DNA from: Octopus bimaculoides
Taxonomy: Eukaryota
Assembly (NCBI RefSeq): GCF_001194135.2
Contig: NC_068986.1
Span: 31,439,187 to 31,503,186 of the forward strand
DNA length: 64,000 nt
Direction of reading: 5' to 3'
The notes under the pieces were generated by a model. The model had not been told where the DNA came from. It saw nothing but the letters and a program-made list of their open reading frames with translations, and did no database searches. The translations under genes were made by a program, and so were the position numbers. Positions 63,130 through 64,000 of the stretch are shown here, in pieces (the first letter of the stretch is position 1; the number at the start of each line of letters is the position of its first letter).

Positions 63130-63530
63130 TTATAGAGATCTCAAGCCATTCACCTACAAGTTTCCTCAGCAACCACCAGACTACAGAGCATGTTGCCTAA
63201 CCAAAGTCCTCTCGTAGCTGGTTCTAAGCTAAGAACTTTTGTAGCAATGTCACAGGGAAGAGGCATTAATGGTGCCCTGTTCTAACACAAACTCAAAAAC
63301 TGCACTGCATCAAAGCTAATTTTCTTTGTAATGTCTAACTTATTCTTATACCTTAGATTTGATACCATGGTGTTTGTTAGATCATCTCTTTTGCCACAGT
63401 TGGTGATACTTCTCAAACAATCATTAGGTATGTCGTCTCCCTGTACTATCTGTTTAACTGTCCTAATTCAACCAGATATTTTTAGCATTTTAACAACTAT
63501 CCATCCATGACGATCCAGTTGCTTTCCACA
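63130..63530 (-). mobile_element. Highly decayed RTE-like LINE reverse-transcriptase fragment
   Basis: Frameshifted residues resemble MKxGKAxGxDGI..EMLK and GTTDAIF..RQLQEKFLAKN..L..F motifs. Confidence 0.5.
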
Positions 63531-64000
63531 ACTTCATATTAATTGCCCTTTAGATTGTACAGCTGTCAAAATCAAGAACTGGTCCTTGTGTTAAGTCTAC
63601 TCATGGTAGTCTCTCCCTCCCTCCCTCTAGCAACCTTTCATAAGTAGCATTTAAACTATTTCTTTCAATGTTGATGTCAGCAAATGTACTGTTTTTCTAT
63701 AAACACTTTTCTCAGAAAAATACTTCATGAGATTAGTAATGAATACTAAAATTTTAAAATAACCTCTTAATAAGTAAGGATTAATGTAGGCCTTCTGAAG
63801 AAGATCAATAAGTAGCAAATTTTATTTTTTGGTTCAATATCTGCTTATTTTCTCACATTTTTATAAAGTTCATCTTGAGTCATCATCCAAGATGGCTTGG
63901 ACCAACTGAAAAATTGTCATTATTTAAAGTAATTATCCAAAGTATGACTTCATGTGATTGTATTTATTTTAAGAATTAATAAACTAAGGCAAGGCCAATA

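Noticed and set aside
62020-64000. First coding exon of PPase
   Set aside because: No MSx..ERG..xxxYRxF-like phase-1 exon was found; the region is repeats and a LINE remnant, so the start is probably beyond the window.

Overview
AT-rich, microsatellite- and SINE-dense animal genomic DNA with six N-gaps. The repeat families and gene structure point to an octopus or other coleoid cephalopod (inference). Two intron-rich genes lie tail-to-tail, reconstructed by hand from GT-AG boundaries and reading-frame continuity. (1) On the + strand, 29 coding exons (1452-45438, about 1454 codons; 5' end upstream of the window) encode an alpha-2-macroglobulin/thioester-protein (TEP) family member with an unusual architecture. 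It has an A2M-type core with an RKKR furin site and an acidic bait-like region. The thioester motif is destroyed (PxGCGEQN -> PITNGEGN) and there is no catalytic His. The core is followed by a ~155-aa Ser/Thr-rich glycosylated linker and a basic, 7-Cys NTR/C345C-like C-terminal domain, with no anaphylatoxin domain. (2) On the - strand, 11 coding exons (62007-48355; first exon outside the window) encode a family I soluble inorganic pyrophosphatase (PPA1/PPA2 type). Introns hold several tRNA-headed SINE families, mariner and DD37D remnants with their MITEs, piggyBac-like TTAA MITEs, Helentron-associated (HINE-like) elements, a decayed RTE LINE fragment, a 450-bp hairpin and many microsatellites. 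Almost every ORF in the supplied track is a microsatellite, gap or repeat artefact. The top lead is the thioester-dead A2M-mucin-NTR protein; its mucin exon sits inside an inverted pair of full-length SINEs.
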